A DNA stretch of 64,000 nt from Eledone cirrhosa (GCA_964016885.1 OZ024749.1:25482001-25546000); one strand, 5' to 3'. Shown: positions 41,543 through 56,327, counted from the stretch's first letter. Program-made: numbers and translations. The notes: generated by a model from the letters alone, not told the origin.

Positions 41543-41596
<54 letters not shown>

Positions 41597-41648
41597 AGTA
41601 TGTATAATTACATACGATAGTATGTATATATATTTATTTATTTATTTG

Positions 41649-41741
<93 letters not shown>

Positions 41742-42134
41742 GTGCATTTAAATTTAAACACAACAGTACTATAGATCGTGGTTAAATATTCTATCGCACT
41801 TTGAAATGCGCTGAAAACATCAGAATATTTCTGGGCGCCTCTCCAAGACTGATGTGTGGTCTGGCGAGTGTTCAGTATCAAGCTTATATCCAACGTAAAT
41901 CCTGTGCCAATATTTGTCATTAATTATCAGACTTTGGCAATTAGAATTTCGAAAGTCTTACGGAGTTGTAAGAATGAAACAAGATTCTGATTAAATGGAA
42001 AGAGGTTAAATGGAAGAAATGAGAAGAGAATATGCTAGGAATCGAGGTCAACGATTTGAACGAAAATCAGTTTCGTTATATATGAATTTCTTTTTATCTA
42101 TACAATATATTTATATATATATAAATATATACAT

Positions 42135-42206
<72 letters not shown>

Positions 42207-42368
42207 GTGTGTGTGTGTGTAATTGTGTGTGTGTGTGTGTATATATATGTATATACATACATACACACACGCACGTATATATATATATATATATATATAT
42301 ACAAGATGATTGAATACGTATGTAGAAATTTAGATATATCGAAAACGATTTTCGTTCGAAACGATATA

Positions 42369-42404
<36 letters not shown>

Positions 42405-42834
42405 TCATACATATATATGTATGAATGTGTATATATATTATTTATGTGAGTATATGTCAGTGTGTATATATCACTATGTGTAGTGTGTTTGTGCGGTGCG
42501 TGTATTGAAAGTGTGCTTATCTTACCCTTCTACCACTCTGCCTGTGAAATACACAGAGGAGTTGGACTTTCTTTTGATTATTTTTCTCTAATTCTAGAAT
42601 AGCAAACGTCAACAAATAATGTGGCAACGTAAATAAGCTGACTTATTTTCAATTCAGACACACACATAAACCCACACACACATACACACTCACATGTATA
42701 TATATCTATATATCTATGTGTGTGTGTGAGTGTGTGTTTGAGTGTGTGTGTGTGTGTATATATATATACATATACACATATATATATATACTTATACTTA
42801 TATAAATATATATATATATATGTATATATATACT

Positions 42835-42874
<40 letters not shown>

Positions 42875-42878
<4 letters not shown>

Positions 42879-43079
42879 AACCAGTAAGACCCCGACAGCT
42901 GAGCTCAAGCCGTTTCGACGGCTAATTCTGGACTAAACTAATAGTCCAGAATTAGCCGTCGAAACGGCTTGAGCTCAGCTGTCGGGGTCTTACTGGTTCC
43001 TACTACCCACTCTACTACCTCAAGTATTGAGTACTTTGGTGCGTTATGGTCCACCTGGTTCCTTACCACATTTCCTTCG

Positions 43080-43082
<3 letters not shown>
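42875..43082. mobile_element. Fold-back pLTR remnant of PLE family P
   Basis: Perfect inverted repeat 42875-43002 with a 6-nt loop at 42936-42941. Confidence 0.8.
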
Positions 43083-43140
<58 letters not shown>

Positions 43141-43479
43141 TATATATCTATATATATCTATATATATATATATTTATGTGTTCTGTATGATGCAATATAA
43201 CGTGTTAAGTCATTTTTTGAAATAAATAAAACATATAAAGAACAATCCTACAGACAAGAAATGTAGAGAGAACTGAATATGTGAATAATAATGTTACATT
43301 TTTCATTCATACCTTTAACATTACTAATTTCATCATCACTAACCTATATATTTACATACCTACACCCCTATAACCTTTACCAACACCTTTGCTATTTCTA
43401 TTATAACAAACCATACCACAATCTTTACACTCAGGTCTTCATATCCACAACACCAAACGTCATGTGTTCTGGACATGTT

Positions 43480-46400
43480 CAGCAACCTCTTCACCAACAT
43501 CACCACCATTGTCTCACTACAAACAGTGACAAAACCACTTGTACTATAATAATATTACCGCCGCTACCATCACCATCCATCAAAACCACCGCTGCCTTCA
43601 CTGCTACCACCACCACCACCACCACCTCCACCACCTCCACCACCTCCACCACCATGACCGACACGTCCACCACGAACTCAACTCTACCGTCTAATTATAT
43701 CGCCAGTAACAACAATAGTTCCACCACCATTACCACTATCATCTACATCGGACTAGAAAAGCCACTACCATCTAACTACCAGGGCTACCACAACCATCAT
43801 GTTCAATAATCAATCAAACTACCAACACCACCACCTCCATCAACCCACCAACACCACCCCAACACACTGTCAACACCACCACCATCAGACCACCAACACA
43901 CCGCCATGAAACTAACAAAATCACCACCATCAAACTACCAAACCCTAGCACGAGAAATCTATCAACACCACCACCATCAATCCACCAACACAACACCATC
44001 AAACTACCAACACCAGCACGAGAATCTATCAACCCCAACCAGGATTAAACTACCAACACCGTCACCGCCATCAAACAACCAACACAGCACCATCAAACTA
44101 CCAACACCACCACCACCATGTTAACCATACCACCATCAAACTAACAAAATCACCATCATCTCCAACACCCTCAAACTACCAGCACCACCACCACCATGTT
44201 AAACATACCACCATCAAACTAACAAAATCACCATCATCTCCAACACCATCAAACTACCAACACCACCACCACCATGATGTTAAACATACCACCATAAAAC
44301 TAACAAAGTCACCATCATCTCCAACACCCTCAAACTACCAGCACCACCACAAGCAAACTACCATCATCAGCACCAACAAACTATCAACTCCACCAGCATT
44401 AAACCACCAACACACCACCATCAAACTAATACAAAAGGAAACCACCATCAAACTACCTTCAGTACCACCATCAAAATATCACCACCACCAGCATTAAAGC
44501 ACCAACACTCATAAAACTACCACCATCACGTCCACGATCAAAGTACAGGACCACCAGCATCATCAGACTATCAACTCCAAAGCATTAATCCACCAACACA
44601 TCACCATTAGACTAATAAAATCACCACTATTACCTCCACCATCAAACAACCAACACCTCTACCATTAAACTATTACCATTTCAATGGCCACTGTTCTTGT
44701 TGCCATCGGTTCCCCAAATACAGTCACTATGGTAATCATAAAGACCCTTACCACCATCAGCACCACCAACATCATCACAATAATCAATATCACCAGCACC
44801 ACAACCATTACAACCTCCAACACTTTTGCTTTTAACCAGCATTTGGAACATCAACCCCCATTTACAACCACCGCAATCAACAATACTTCATTGACTAACT
44901 TTACTAATAAGACCTCCGCAATGACTAACGCCATATCCACCTACGCTACAACCATTACTACCATGAGAACTAGTAACATTGCTACCACCATCATAATCAA
45001 AATCACCACTACTATAACCATGATTACTGTCACTACAATCAACAATACTGCATTAACCACCTTCACTAATACAACCGCTACAGTACCAACGCCACATCAA
45101 CCTGCACTACAACCATTGCTATCAACAGAAACTAGTAACCTTACCACAAACATCATAATCACAAACCCCACCACCGTAAACACAACCACCACAATACCAA
45201 CACCAGATCTACCAGCACTACGACCTTTACTACCATCAGAACTAGTAACATCATCATCAAAATCAGAAACAGCACTACCATCAACAGAACAACCACAATC
45301 ACGAACGCACACCATGTCCACCAGCGGTACGACCATTGCTGCCAACAAAACTAGTAACTAGTAACGCCACCACCACCTTATATACCACTACCATCACCAG
45401 AACCAATGTCACTACAGCCACCACAAACACTAATACAAACTTCCCTAACCGAAACGCCGCCGCCAAAATACCAATAACAACAACAGCCATTAATATAATA
45501 AAGGGCAGTGGGTTGACAGTATCGGTAGAGGGTCGGACGCCATGCTTTCTAGCATAGTTACGTCCCTTTACAGTCTGAGTTCAAATCCCGCCGAGGTTAA
45601 CTTTGACGGGGTCGATAAAATAAAGTACCAGTAATACACTGTATTAATTGCTGGCCTTGTGCCTCGAGTAGAAACAATTAATATAATTACCACCAACACT
45701 GACAACAACAACACAGTTACAAACACAATTATTACCAACGCTGTGACCATCACTATCACCACTAACAACAACAGCACCACTACCACCATCAAAATACAAC
45801 CACTGCCAACAACAAGAACGTTGATATAGCAGTCAGTAAAACCGCCGCTGCTGTCACTAACAGCACGACCGCCAAAAACAACACAAATCACCGCCAACAA
45901 GAACAACACACTCACAACTACCAGTACCAACAGTACCAGCAATAACAGTACAACCTACAACACCACCACCCCCACCACGACCACCCACCGCTATAATCAC
46001 CACCACCACCACAACCACCGCCCACCGCTATAATCACCACTACCACCACTACCACCACCACTACCACCACCACCACCACTACCACCACCACCGGCAACAG
46101 CTATAATCACCACCACCACCACTACCACCACAACCACCACCACTACAACCACCACCACCACTACTGCCACCACCACCACCACCACTCCCACCACCACCAC
46201 CGCCAACCACTATAATCACCACCACCACCACCAAAACCACCACCACCACCACCGCTGACCGCTATAATCACCTCCACCACCACCACCACCACCACCGCCG
46301 ACAACCGCTATAATCACCACCACCACCACTACCACTACAACCACCACCACCACCACCAACATCACCACCACTACTGCCAACCGCTATAATCTCCACCACT

Positions 46401-46520
46401 ACTACCACTACTACCACCAACACCACCACATCACACCACTACCACTACCACAAACACCAACACCACTACCACCAACGACACCACCACCACCACCGCCCAA
46501 CCGCTGTCGCCACTTTTACT
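43480..46520. repeat. (ACC/AAC)-rich low-complexity tract with derived minisatellites
   Basis: Units of about 75 bp at 44090-44345; CCGCTATAATC-(ACC)n units at 45985-46400. Confidence 0.85.
45503..45680 (+). mobile_element. tRNA-derived SINE
   Basis: GGCAGTGGGTTGACAGTATCGGTAGAG head, B-box GAGTTCAAATCCC and the same body as 17995-18318. Confidence 0.8.
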
Positions 46521-46840
46521 AACAACGACATACAAACACACAAACAAACCAAACCAAATAATAAAAAGATACACATAGAGAGAGAATTTACACGGAAAAA
46601 TTACAAGCAAAAGAAAGAAAACTGAAAGTGTATCTGGAGAGAGTCTCTTGATATGACATGTCCAAGAGACAGGATATATCTGGCCAGAATCGTTAGTTCC
46701 ACTAAAACTAATTCAGCCATGAAATTGCTTCCAATTCTCTGTCGAATCCTCAAACAATGAATCAAAATTAAAGAAACAAAAAAACATTTCTGATATCTTC
46801 TTTCTCATTTTCTGACTTTCTCTCTATGTCATCTCTCTCA

Positions 46841-46945
<105 letters not shown>

Positions 46946-47009
46946 TTCGCTCTCACACACACGATATTTACCTTTGTCTATCTCATACTTTCTCTCTCTT
47001 AAAGTATCA

Positions 47010-47047
<38 letters not shown>

Positions 47048-47114
47048 CACTGTATATATATATATGATCTAAGCATATATCTATATCAAATACAAATGCT
47101 TGTATATGTGTATG

Positions 47115-47190
<76 letters not shown>

Positions 47191-47287
47191 TGTGTGTGCG
47201 TGTGTGTGCGTGTGTATGTGTTCTTGTGCGTATGTATGTGAGTGTGTTATAACAAAACTTTCGTAAGTATGAGTATAAATTTGCGTC

Positions 47288-47355
<68 letters not shown>

Positions 47356-47746
47356 AATTATGTGTATGTATGCACATGTGATATTGTAGATACTATAAAA
47401 TACAAACTGGTGTATGTTTCATACGTTGTAAACATCTGAGAACAAACATTCAGTTGAATGTTTAGTCCTTTGTGTATGTATGTATACATATATGTATTTA
47501 TACATACATATATATATGTATAAATGTATGTATGTAGGTATATATGTATGAATCTATGTATATATATATATATATATATATAATACGTAAGGCGCTATGC
47601 CTCTATATTTTACTTTCACTTTATATACTTTTCGTATTTGACGACAATTTATATATATGCATATATATATATTTATATGTACATACATATATGCATATCT
47701 ATATATCTATATATCTCTCTACATATATATATATACATATATCCAT

Positions 47747-47811
<65 letters not shown>

Positions 47812-48398
47812 TATATATATGTGTGTGTCTTTGTGTATACATGCCCTCTACGTATAGTGTCTTAAAATGTGACGACTCATTTAAAAACATGTTATTTATG
47901 AAACCCGTGTACTGCAGAGAGAAAACTTACACTGTGTATAGACAGATGGAACAGATTAGATAAACATGTGTTAATGTCGTTGTCGTTGTTGTCGTCGTCA
48001 TTTTTTTATTGAAAGAGGTGGAGCAAGTTGGTGTTTGAGATGTGTGAAATTGTTGGTGTTGTTTCTAAGGTTTTTGCTTGTGTTTGGAAAACTCGTAGTC
48101 TTTATATTTGAATTTCAAAATGGAAGTGTCAGATTTTGAGTTTGAAATTCAAATATCGAGTTACAGGTGTTATATGGATAGTTTTCAACGTCTTTTTTTT
48201 TGTATTTTTCTTTGTAAAGTTGTAAGCATAGCCACTGCATTTGGTTGTTTAACCTGGTGTCAGACTTTTCACTGTTGTGCTCTACTCTGGGACGATACTG
48301 TTTAGCTTATCGTTCCATTGAGTAAGTTTTGATTGCCTCAAACAACTGAATTAGTCCCTGCTATATTGCAGCTACAACATTTATCCATTCTCAATATT

Positions 48399-48448
<50 letters not shown>

Positions 48449-48585
48449 ATGTATGTGTGTGTGTGTGGGGGGGGGGGGGGTATGTGTGTGTGTGTGTAAA
48501 AGGTAAACAGAAATAACAACACAATCGGTACAGTATATGGAAGGAATATATTAGGTTAAGCTTTGAAATAGCAGGAAGCGGGCCG

Positions 48586-48617
48586 TAACGTTTCGGACGC
48601 TAGTCCTTCATCAGAAG
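48586..48617 (-). ncRNA. Minimal hammerhead core (stem I not evident)
   Basis: Minus strand: CTGATGA-A-GGAC tagc GTCC-GAAA-CG-TTA; palindromic AACGTT. Confidence 0.65.
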
Positions 48618-48748
48618 AAAGAATAAGGAATTAGATAGATTGAAGGGATGGGCGGGGTGTAATTGAAAAAAAATGTCTTTAGATAAAAATAATAGGTACA
48701 TTCTTGTTGCCATCTCTTCGAAAACTGTTGATATATATACATATATTG

Positions 48749-48780
<32 letters not shown>

Positions 48781-48797
48781 TGTATATATGTATGTAT

Positions 48798-49289
48798 CTG
48801 GACATCCTGCAGGACTAAAAACAAAACCTGTCAAAGGGCAAAGGAGCTCATAAGAGTCACTGGCCATCCAAAATTACCGGGAGAGATGACCCCTTAGCCT
48901 TTGTCAAGGCAGAATTCTAGGAGAAGGAAAACTCTGATATAACACCTGCAACCCTGATGGTATCCAATGATGTTGACTTGTTCTTCTTTTTGGTAAATAT
49001 CATCTTGGTTAAGAGAGTGGGACTGGCTTTGTGCAGTGCCTTTGCTCACTATAAAAGCTTCACAGCACAGGCATTGCTTTATATCTGGAGATCTCTCTGC
49101 ACTTGTCGTCACATGGTACCATGGGCCCAGCACTATGTGTCAATAATTGTCAGAAGTGTAGTGTTTGTACCAGAGTTTTCAAGTCGCTGGCTGGACTAAA
49201 AAGTCACACTCGTTCAGCGCATCGGTAGGAGTTCTCCTACATGGATATAAAGTAGTGGCCGTACTCGAAAACGAGTTGGCAGCCACCAT
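48798..49289 (+). mobile_element. 5'-truncated RTE-related element, family H
   Basis: Near-identical to 18575-19063. Confidence 0.65.
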
Positions 49290-49499
49290 GTATCTGTGTA
49301 TGTGTGTGTATGTGTGTGTGGGTGTGAGTGTGTGGGATATGAAACGCTGTGTCATGCCTCGGACCACAAGCCGGTATAAAGTAAGATATTACTATCTACG
49401 TATCGATTCTAATACTGCTTTCCACATTAACGTCAAAATTAAATAAAACAGATTTAAATTAAAATTGAAACAGTGTGAAAAGGTTAATCAAGAGCATGG

Positions 49500-49764
49500 C
49501 TGGATGGGACCCTAACATTTCTGCGTTGAATTGACTGCGCAGATTTTCCGTACAGCCACTTTATCTTCACACAAGTCAACTTCGAGACCACAGGCGTACT
49601 TGGCCCCTGCACTGCCGAGCGCCTCCGCAAGATCGGAACGCCAGCTTAGGAAGGACTCATGCGAGGTAGGGTGGCTGTTGCAGCGGGTATTGTTTGCCAT
49701 TGTCCACGGGAATACTTTTGAGGTTTTGTCCACGGGGCGCAGCCCCATTACCTATGAGCCCTAG
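49500..49764 (+). pseudogene. CRE-clade non-LTR retrotransposon 3' fragment (restriction-like endonuclease C-terminus, frameshifted)
   Basis: HFIFTQVNFETTGVLGPCTAERLRKIG then EVGWLLQRVLFAIVHGNTFEVL fits the FxPxxxETxGxxG...LxQRxxxAxxRGN ending of CRE endonucleases. Confidence 0.7.
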
Positions 49765-49932
49765 GCCCGAAGTTTGCCCCTACCTTCTCTTCTGTTACAC
49801 TAGAACCCTTGCTTTTCATTCCTTTTCTGTTTTTTAAATATATTTTCTTACTTTACATTCTATTCTTTTTTTCTCAATCCTCTTTTATTTTTCTATTAAA
49901 TTGTTTTTACTATATATATATATATTTCGTAT

Positions 49933-49995
<63 letters not shown>

Positions 49996-50165
49996 GAAAT
50001 CATCGGAGGAAATCATCAGGAAATCCCTTATGATTTCATCCGAATGAACCAGTTCTAGTCCTGTAGAAGCTATTTCTATATTAAATATTTATACTCTGCT
50101 AAGTAACTAAGTAATGAGTACCTTACTTACTGTGTTTACCCCCGATTGAATCCGGGATGAACACC

Positions 50166-50224
<59 letters not shown>

Positions 50225-50814
50225 AAAGGATAACAAGGACGATTGGTTACTCCTTCATTACATTTATTGGTAGGGGACTCGCGTTTCGCCACTGATCAGC
50301 TAAAGGTTCGATCTGTATCGATCTTACTCGACGGAGCATTTAAAATGCTAGTAGAACATTTTTCTACTACCATTTTAAAGGGTCCGTCGAGCTGCCGATT
50401 ATTCAGTCAGGTAAGATCGATACAGATCGAACCTTGTTTAGCTCAACACAGAAGTGAACCTAAACATCGAGTGCTCACCCGAGTGAACCTGCAGTAACAA
50501 CAAGTTGCACTCCCTATATATAGATAGATAGATACATAGATAGATAGATAACTTTCTGTTTATTTGCCACCAGGGCATCAAAAGTGGGACAAGTACAAAG
50601 GGGGGAGTTTACATGCAAAGGCGTCCTCAATATGGAGGAGCAATAACAAAATATAAAAATAAAATAAGATATAACAAAATAAAATTTATAACAAAATCCT
50701 CAATAGGGAGGAGGCGCCTTGGGCGGTCGCACACACCCCCGAAAAAAAGTGTGCAACCCTTCTACTCAGGAGCACAGAGAGGGGGGTGCTGCCTTGGTCT
50801 TTCATCTTCATCAC

Positions 50815-53800
50815 CTATAGTCTGATGTAGAGTGAAGGCCCATTCACACGGGCCATTCTCCCCACTTTCACCCATCTTTTATAAAAATGGCTGGGGTGCA
50901 GCACCTCTCTCTCCATCCTGATCCTTCTTCGGAAATGATATCGGAAGAAGCGGACCAGTTGTTGGCCAGAGAGAAAGGTGTCTGACCTCAGTCCTTTCAG
51001 ACGCGTCCACCATACAACCTCTTTCGCCATGGCTATTACGCACAGAAACACGGCCTCTCCTTCGTTTTTGAAGAGGGGAGGCGGCTTGATCGTTACAATA
51101 GACTCGGTGGTCAACCGGATCGGTTCCACCCTTGACAGCAGTTGTTCGACATAGCCCCACAGATCGGCAGTGCCCGAGCAGTGTACCAATGCGTGTACAA
51201 CGGTTTCCTCGTCGCGCACGCGTCTGGGACATCTTTTTCGAGGGGTCCTACCCGGGCGCCCGTGTCTGTAGAGCCTTTCTCGAACGGGCAGAGCCTGGCT
51301 GTAGCACTGCCAGGCCAGGGACCTCTGGCAGTTATCCATGGGTCCCGGGCTGAATGTCCTACCGAACAGGTTGCCAGTTCGTCTTCCTCCATGCCTAGGG
51401 CGTCTCTGAGGGCGTCGTCGCACCTGCTAACCACCAGCCCTCTATAGAATGACAAGGTGGATTCTCCACTGACAGCCGGGTCCGCCTGCCAGAGAGCTGT
51501 GAGCGCCTGAGCACACTCGGTGTGCCAGGCGCCCTGTTTTCTCGGTCTTTGCTTGACCCATGATTACAGCTCGGTGAGTGAGACGAGTCTGGGAAAGGCT
51601 CGCCTCACAAACAGGGCCCACACCGGTTGACCGGTGAGGAATACCTGGAGGTGCCGTAGCCTTAAGGCGTGTTTACGTATCATTAGCCACGGCATCCCCA
51701 GCCCTCCTTTCGAAGGGTGTTCACAGCAGATGGATCTCCTCACCATAGGAGCCCGCTTCTTCCAAAGGAATTGGAAGAGTGCGCGCTCTATTTTGGCGAG
51801 CGTTTCCCTTGGTCAAGGCACAACGGTCAGGCGGTAGTAAATGACTGACGCTATATAAGTGTTCGCCACCTCCGCCCGACCTTTCAGGGACAGTTTGCAC
51901 TCGGCCCACTTCTGGGTCAGTGCAAACACCCTGTTCGTTACCTCACCCCAGTTCTTCTCCACCTGGAGGTCTGGTCCGAACCAGACACCGAGCAGCTTCA
52001 CCGGGCCCTCCGTCCAGCGTCCGGCGACGCCATCGGAGGGCATCGATCTGCCCCTCCACGTGCCGAGTTGCAAACCGATCGACTTGTCCCGGTTCAGCTT
52101 ATCCCCTGTAAACCTTTCGTACTCCTCCAGTAACGTGCCGATCGCCCCGATTTCCGAGGCCATCGACACCATTACTGTTACGTCGTCGGCGTAGGCCGAC
52201 ACCGCTTTCCGCAGTCCCAGTTCCAACGGGGTGCCCTGCAACAACTTCCGCAGCAGTGGCTCTAGAGTCATTACATACAGAAGGGAGGAGAGAGGGCACC
52301 CTTGTCGGATGGACCGTGCGATTTCGAACGGCTCCGAGAGGTAGCCGTTCACCTTGACCCTAGAGCAGATGCGGCTGCTGTGCATGGCATTGATCCAGCC
52401 CCTGAAAACGGGTCCGAAGCCCGCCGCCGCTAGCACCGCATCCAGGTGACCATCATCGACCCTATCGAACGCCTTAGATTGATCCAAGTTGATCAGGGCC
52501 CCACCAAAGCCGGGTTCGTTCCAAACCCTCTCTATGATATATCGCATGAGGTGGAGGTTGTCGTGGATGGACCTGGACGGGATAGCACATGTCTGCGCAT
52601 CTCCCATCAGGTTGCCCACGACAAGCGCCAACCTCTTTGCTAGCACCTTGGCCAAAATCTGTAACTCTGTATTTAGCAGAGTTATGGGCCTGAAATTATT
52701 TATATCGTCCCCCTTGTTCTCGTCCTTCCTCACTAGCGTGACTACGCCCTTGGTCACAGCACAGGGAATTCTCCCGTTCTGTTGCCAGTTGCAATAGACC
52801 GCCTCGAGGAGATCGGGGAACAAGTCCGGCATAGCTAGATATAGTTCGTATGGAAGACCATCGAGACCCGGGGATTTGCGTTTGCCGCATTGGCTCAGCA
52901 CGTCCTCTATCTCAGCGGCTGAAATCGGCTCCTCGCAGGACTTCGCCTCCCTGTCCGAGAGACGCGGCAGGCCGTCGAGGTATGGACCGAAGTCCACATC
53001 CTCAACCGCCTCCCCGCCCCTTCCGAACAATCCGGCAAAGTGTTTTTGAAAAGCCTCGCACATCTGCTTAGGTTCAAGGATTACCCGTCCATCCTGGTCT
53101 CGCAAAGACCGGATAGTGGATCTACTCCCTCTCTTGGCTTCTGTCACGCGGGCCCAGCTAACAGCTTTGGTCCCCTCGTTTCCCAGAGCACGTATTTTGC
53201 TTCAGACGATGCAGCCTTCGTGTTTCGCGTCGAAGAACTGGCCCAGGGCCGTTCTCGACGCTAGCACTCTGGCCACGTCGCCGCTTCTAATTGCCTCTTC
53301 TACACTATCTACCAATTCCCTTTCCTTCCTATTTCTATTTGAGGCTAACTCCTTACTAAATTCTGTAGAGACTACTCTAATCTCTCTTTTGAGAGATCCC
53401 CACCACCTGCTGTTGACGATGGCGCCCGTCAACCGCTCCTTAACTAAAGTGCTAATCCGGTCCCTGTAAGCCTTACTTGCCGGTAAGGACAAGTTGAGCT
53501 TCCAGTAACCGGGCCCCTGTCTATGCGTTCTGTCAAGGTTGACCATGCAGCTCACTAACTTGTGGTCTGAATAGCCAACCATGCGCATTATTGGACAACT
53601 TAAAAAGTCCTTATCCTTATTTCTAACTAAGAACCTATCTAGGTACGAACTAGATGATCCGCTACAATTTGCCCAAGTCCAGGTTGGCGCAGTCGGAAAA
53701 TCTAGTCGATATCTATCGGCCAGGTCAAATCGACCGATTAACCCTTTGAGGCTATTACACCCCTCTCTATCGGGACAGGCCCCTACGTAGTCCCAACGTG

Positions 53801-54240
53801 CATCTAGGATACGATTCCAGTCCCCCGCTAATAGAAAGGAGCGGGACGTCCCTAGAAAAGTCTCCAGACGATGGAAGAAGTCCGGCCGCATTGACCCGAA
53901 AGGGCCGTAGACGGCTACCAACCTAAACGCTCCGCCTTCACCACTGCCAAGGTCCAGAACCACTAGTCGACCCTCCGCGTCCAAATGTACCGTCTGTGTT
54001 GCGAGACCCAGATGTTTTTGCAGCAGAACGACAACCCCACCCCCACCGGGCTGACAGAGAGATGCGTGCATCTCAAAGTCATCAAAGGCGGGGGCCAGCT
54101 GTCGCACGTTGCTGATCCGGGCCTCGCAAATAACCATCACATCTATACGTTGTGACCTGAGGTCATTTAGAAGCATTGCTTGCTTCCAAGTTGAGCCAAG
54201 GCCACGCGCATTTAAACAGCCTACTCTTAGCATTGCCATG
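50815..54240 (-). pseudogene. LINE ORF2: APE endonuclease, reverse transcriptase and C-terminal zinc finger
   Basis: LNARGL, GDWN, SYLDRF, SDH (APE); KSPGLDGL, RPITLLN, LDQSKAFDRV, RQGCPLS, AYADD (RT); CP...ETVVHALVHC; in-frame stops at 53202, 51813 and 51564 and a frameshift near 51365. Confidence 0.95.
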
Positions 54241-54269
54241 TTGGTGGTGAAGAGAAAAGGCATTTACCT

Positions 54270-55928
54270 CTCTGCGTCCCGGGTATCGGGCTGCACAATT
54301 TCCATGAGGTTGTGGTTTGGGTTGTTGGGTGGGGTGGTGGTTTCTGGCGGGGTGGGGACGGGGGTATTGGTGGGGTTGGGGAGTCTGGTGGGGTGGGGAT
54401 GGCTTGGATGGGGGTGCCTGTGGTGGGGGGCCTTTGTAGAGGACGTGGTTGATTGGTTTCACGCAGGAATTTTTCCACGTCCTCTACAAATGTTTTTTTA
54501 GGGATCTATAAGTTCCTATAGGGACCCTGATCAGTTTTAGGTTCATTTTTTTGTTTTTGTTGGAGCTATCCAAAGTTTTCCCTTCGGTTTTGACCAAAGG
54601 GTTGTTTCTGATGGTCTCCATCAGTGTTCTATTTTCTTCGTTTATGTAAGTGTATGTGTACTTTTCCTGTGTTCTGTTTGTTTTTGTCTGTGGTTTCTGC
54701 ATGTGTTTTCTCTTTGTTGTGGGTGTTTTGTTTTCGGGAGGGGGAACTTTTGTTTGTGATTTTTGTGCTGTTTGTGCTGGTGTTTGTGTGTTTGTTTCGT
54801 TTTTGTTCATGCGGTTCTTTCTTTTTATTCTTTTCACGAGTTGGAAGGGTACCTCTTCATCGCCGCTGGGTGCCGTCAATAGGGGTTCCTCATCCGTGTT
54901 GATGGGTAGGGGTAGGGGTATGTTTTGGGGTTCTGTAGTGTCTGTGTGTGTTTTTGTATTTGTTTTGGGTGGGGAGGGGTTGGGTGGAATGGTGTTCTCT
55001 GTTATTTTTTCTTGTTGTCGTGGTGGTGGTGGTGGTTGTGTTGTTATTTGTGGTGTTGGTAAAAGTTGGGTTTTTTTTGTCAATTGAGGTGACCTCTGCT
55101 TGCGCAGTGGTAACATGCGGACCGCCTACCCTCAACCGAAATGTTTATGTAGGTCTGTCCATCCAGAGGTACTCTCTGTGGGATTTTCATTATACGTTCT
55201 GGACTCATCTGCACCAGAATTTCGATGCTAGTCCCACTAAATATATCTCTGGAGGATTTTCCTACTGAGATCAAAGTGTCTTGTTCAAGGTGAATTAGGC
55301 CATAAAGTATCCACCAAATATCTACTTTGGGTCTTATACATATAATTTTTATTTTTTGCGTTCTTTTTCCCATGTATGTAGGGAAAAATGTAAAATAGGT
55401 GGATACAATGGGCGCGATGGAATATTTTTGTGCTGTTATGTTGTTTTTCATTAGCACCGAGATGCTGCCGAAAAGTTTGGCTTTCTGAATAAATAAAATG
55501 TTATCCATGTGGTTCCTTAATACTAGCTCAATCTCACTCTGAGATAGTTGAGCTGGTTTTTTTTTATGCATTTGAGATTGTCCTGAAAACCACCGTGTTC
55601 AGGGCATTTTCTCTCCTTAGTTCTTGTGGTGAATGTATGCTAAATGACCCATTGGGTCCAAAAGTCACATATTGTTTAGCATCATCCAACTTTTGTTTCT
55701 CGTTGGTTAAATCCCAAAGTTGAAATATTTCCGTTTTTTTATGGTATCAGCAAAAGAAATTTTGCTGTTGTTGTTGTCACTGTTGTTTGTATTTTCTTTG
55801 GTGTTTGTGTTGACATTTTTTTCCATTTGATTGGTATTGTTGGATGTGTTTTCAATTTTTTCATTTTCTGTATTTTTTGGTGTCTGTTGTGGGCTGTTAT
55901 TTTCATTTTTTGTTGTGTGAATTTCCAT
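54270..55928 (-). pseudogene. LINE ORF1 (gag-like, zinc knuckle), frameshifted
   Basis: Fragments 55707-55928, 55080-55571 (ISVEGRRSACYHCASRGH knuckle) and 54484-55116, directly upstream of ORF2. Confidence 0.78.
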
Positions 55929-56255
55929 TTCTTTACGAAAGGCAGTGTTTACTACATATATATCTTTCTGTGTGTGGATACATGTGATGTTTGTGACGTC
56001 AGGCCCTTCCCATCTTCTTGTTTTGGCAAAGAAGTAGGTGCTTCGGCCATTTTTTAAAAAAAATGTACTGTTTTGCAAAAATATTTTGGATGTTTTTGCG
56101 CTGAGGGGCACGATATTTTGGAGGACTGGCCAGATCAAAATTTGACCTGTCAGTCCCTCTACAAATTGGTATAAAATTAAAAGTTCGCAATGACGAATTT
56201 CTAAGGAAATTTAAACAAAACTTATGGGGCAAGTTTAACACGTGTCCATCCCAGA

Positions 56256-56323
<68 letters not shown>

Positions 56324-56327
56324 ATAA

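Larger units (their letters stand above)
50551..56256 (-). mobile_element. Full-length Tx1/L1-clade LINE of about 5.7 kb, inactivated
   Basis: ORF1 and ORF2 remnants, 3' AATAAA, and (GATA)n tracts on both flanks. Confidence 0.93.

Noticed and set aside
43291-45361. Thr-rich ORFs (43291-43809, 44684-45361) as a mucin-like gene
   Set aside because: Explained by ACC/AAC repeats; frames are interrupted by stops and there is no signal peptide or domain
45503-45600. tRNA gene
   Set aside because: A/B boxes belong to a SINE head and there is no complete cloverleaf; same for 60100-60177
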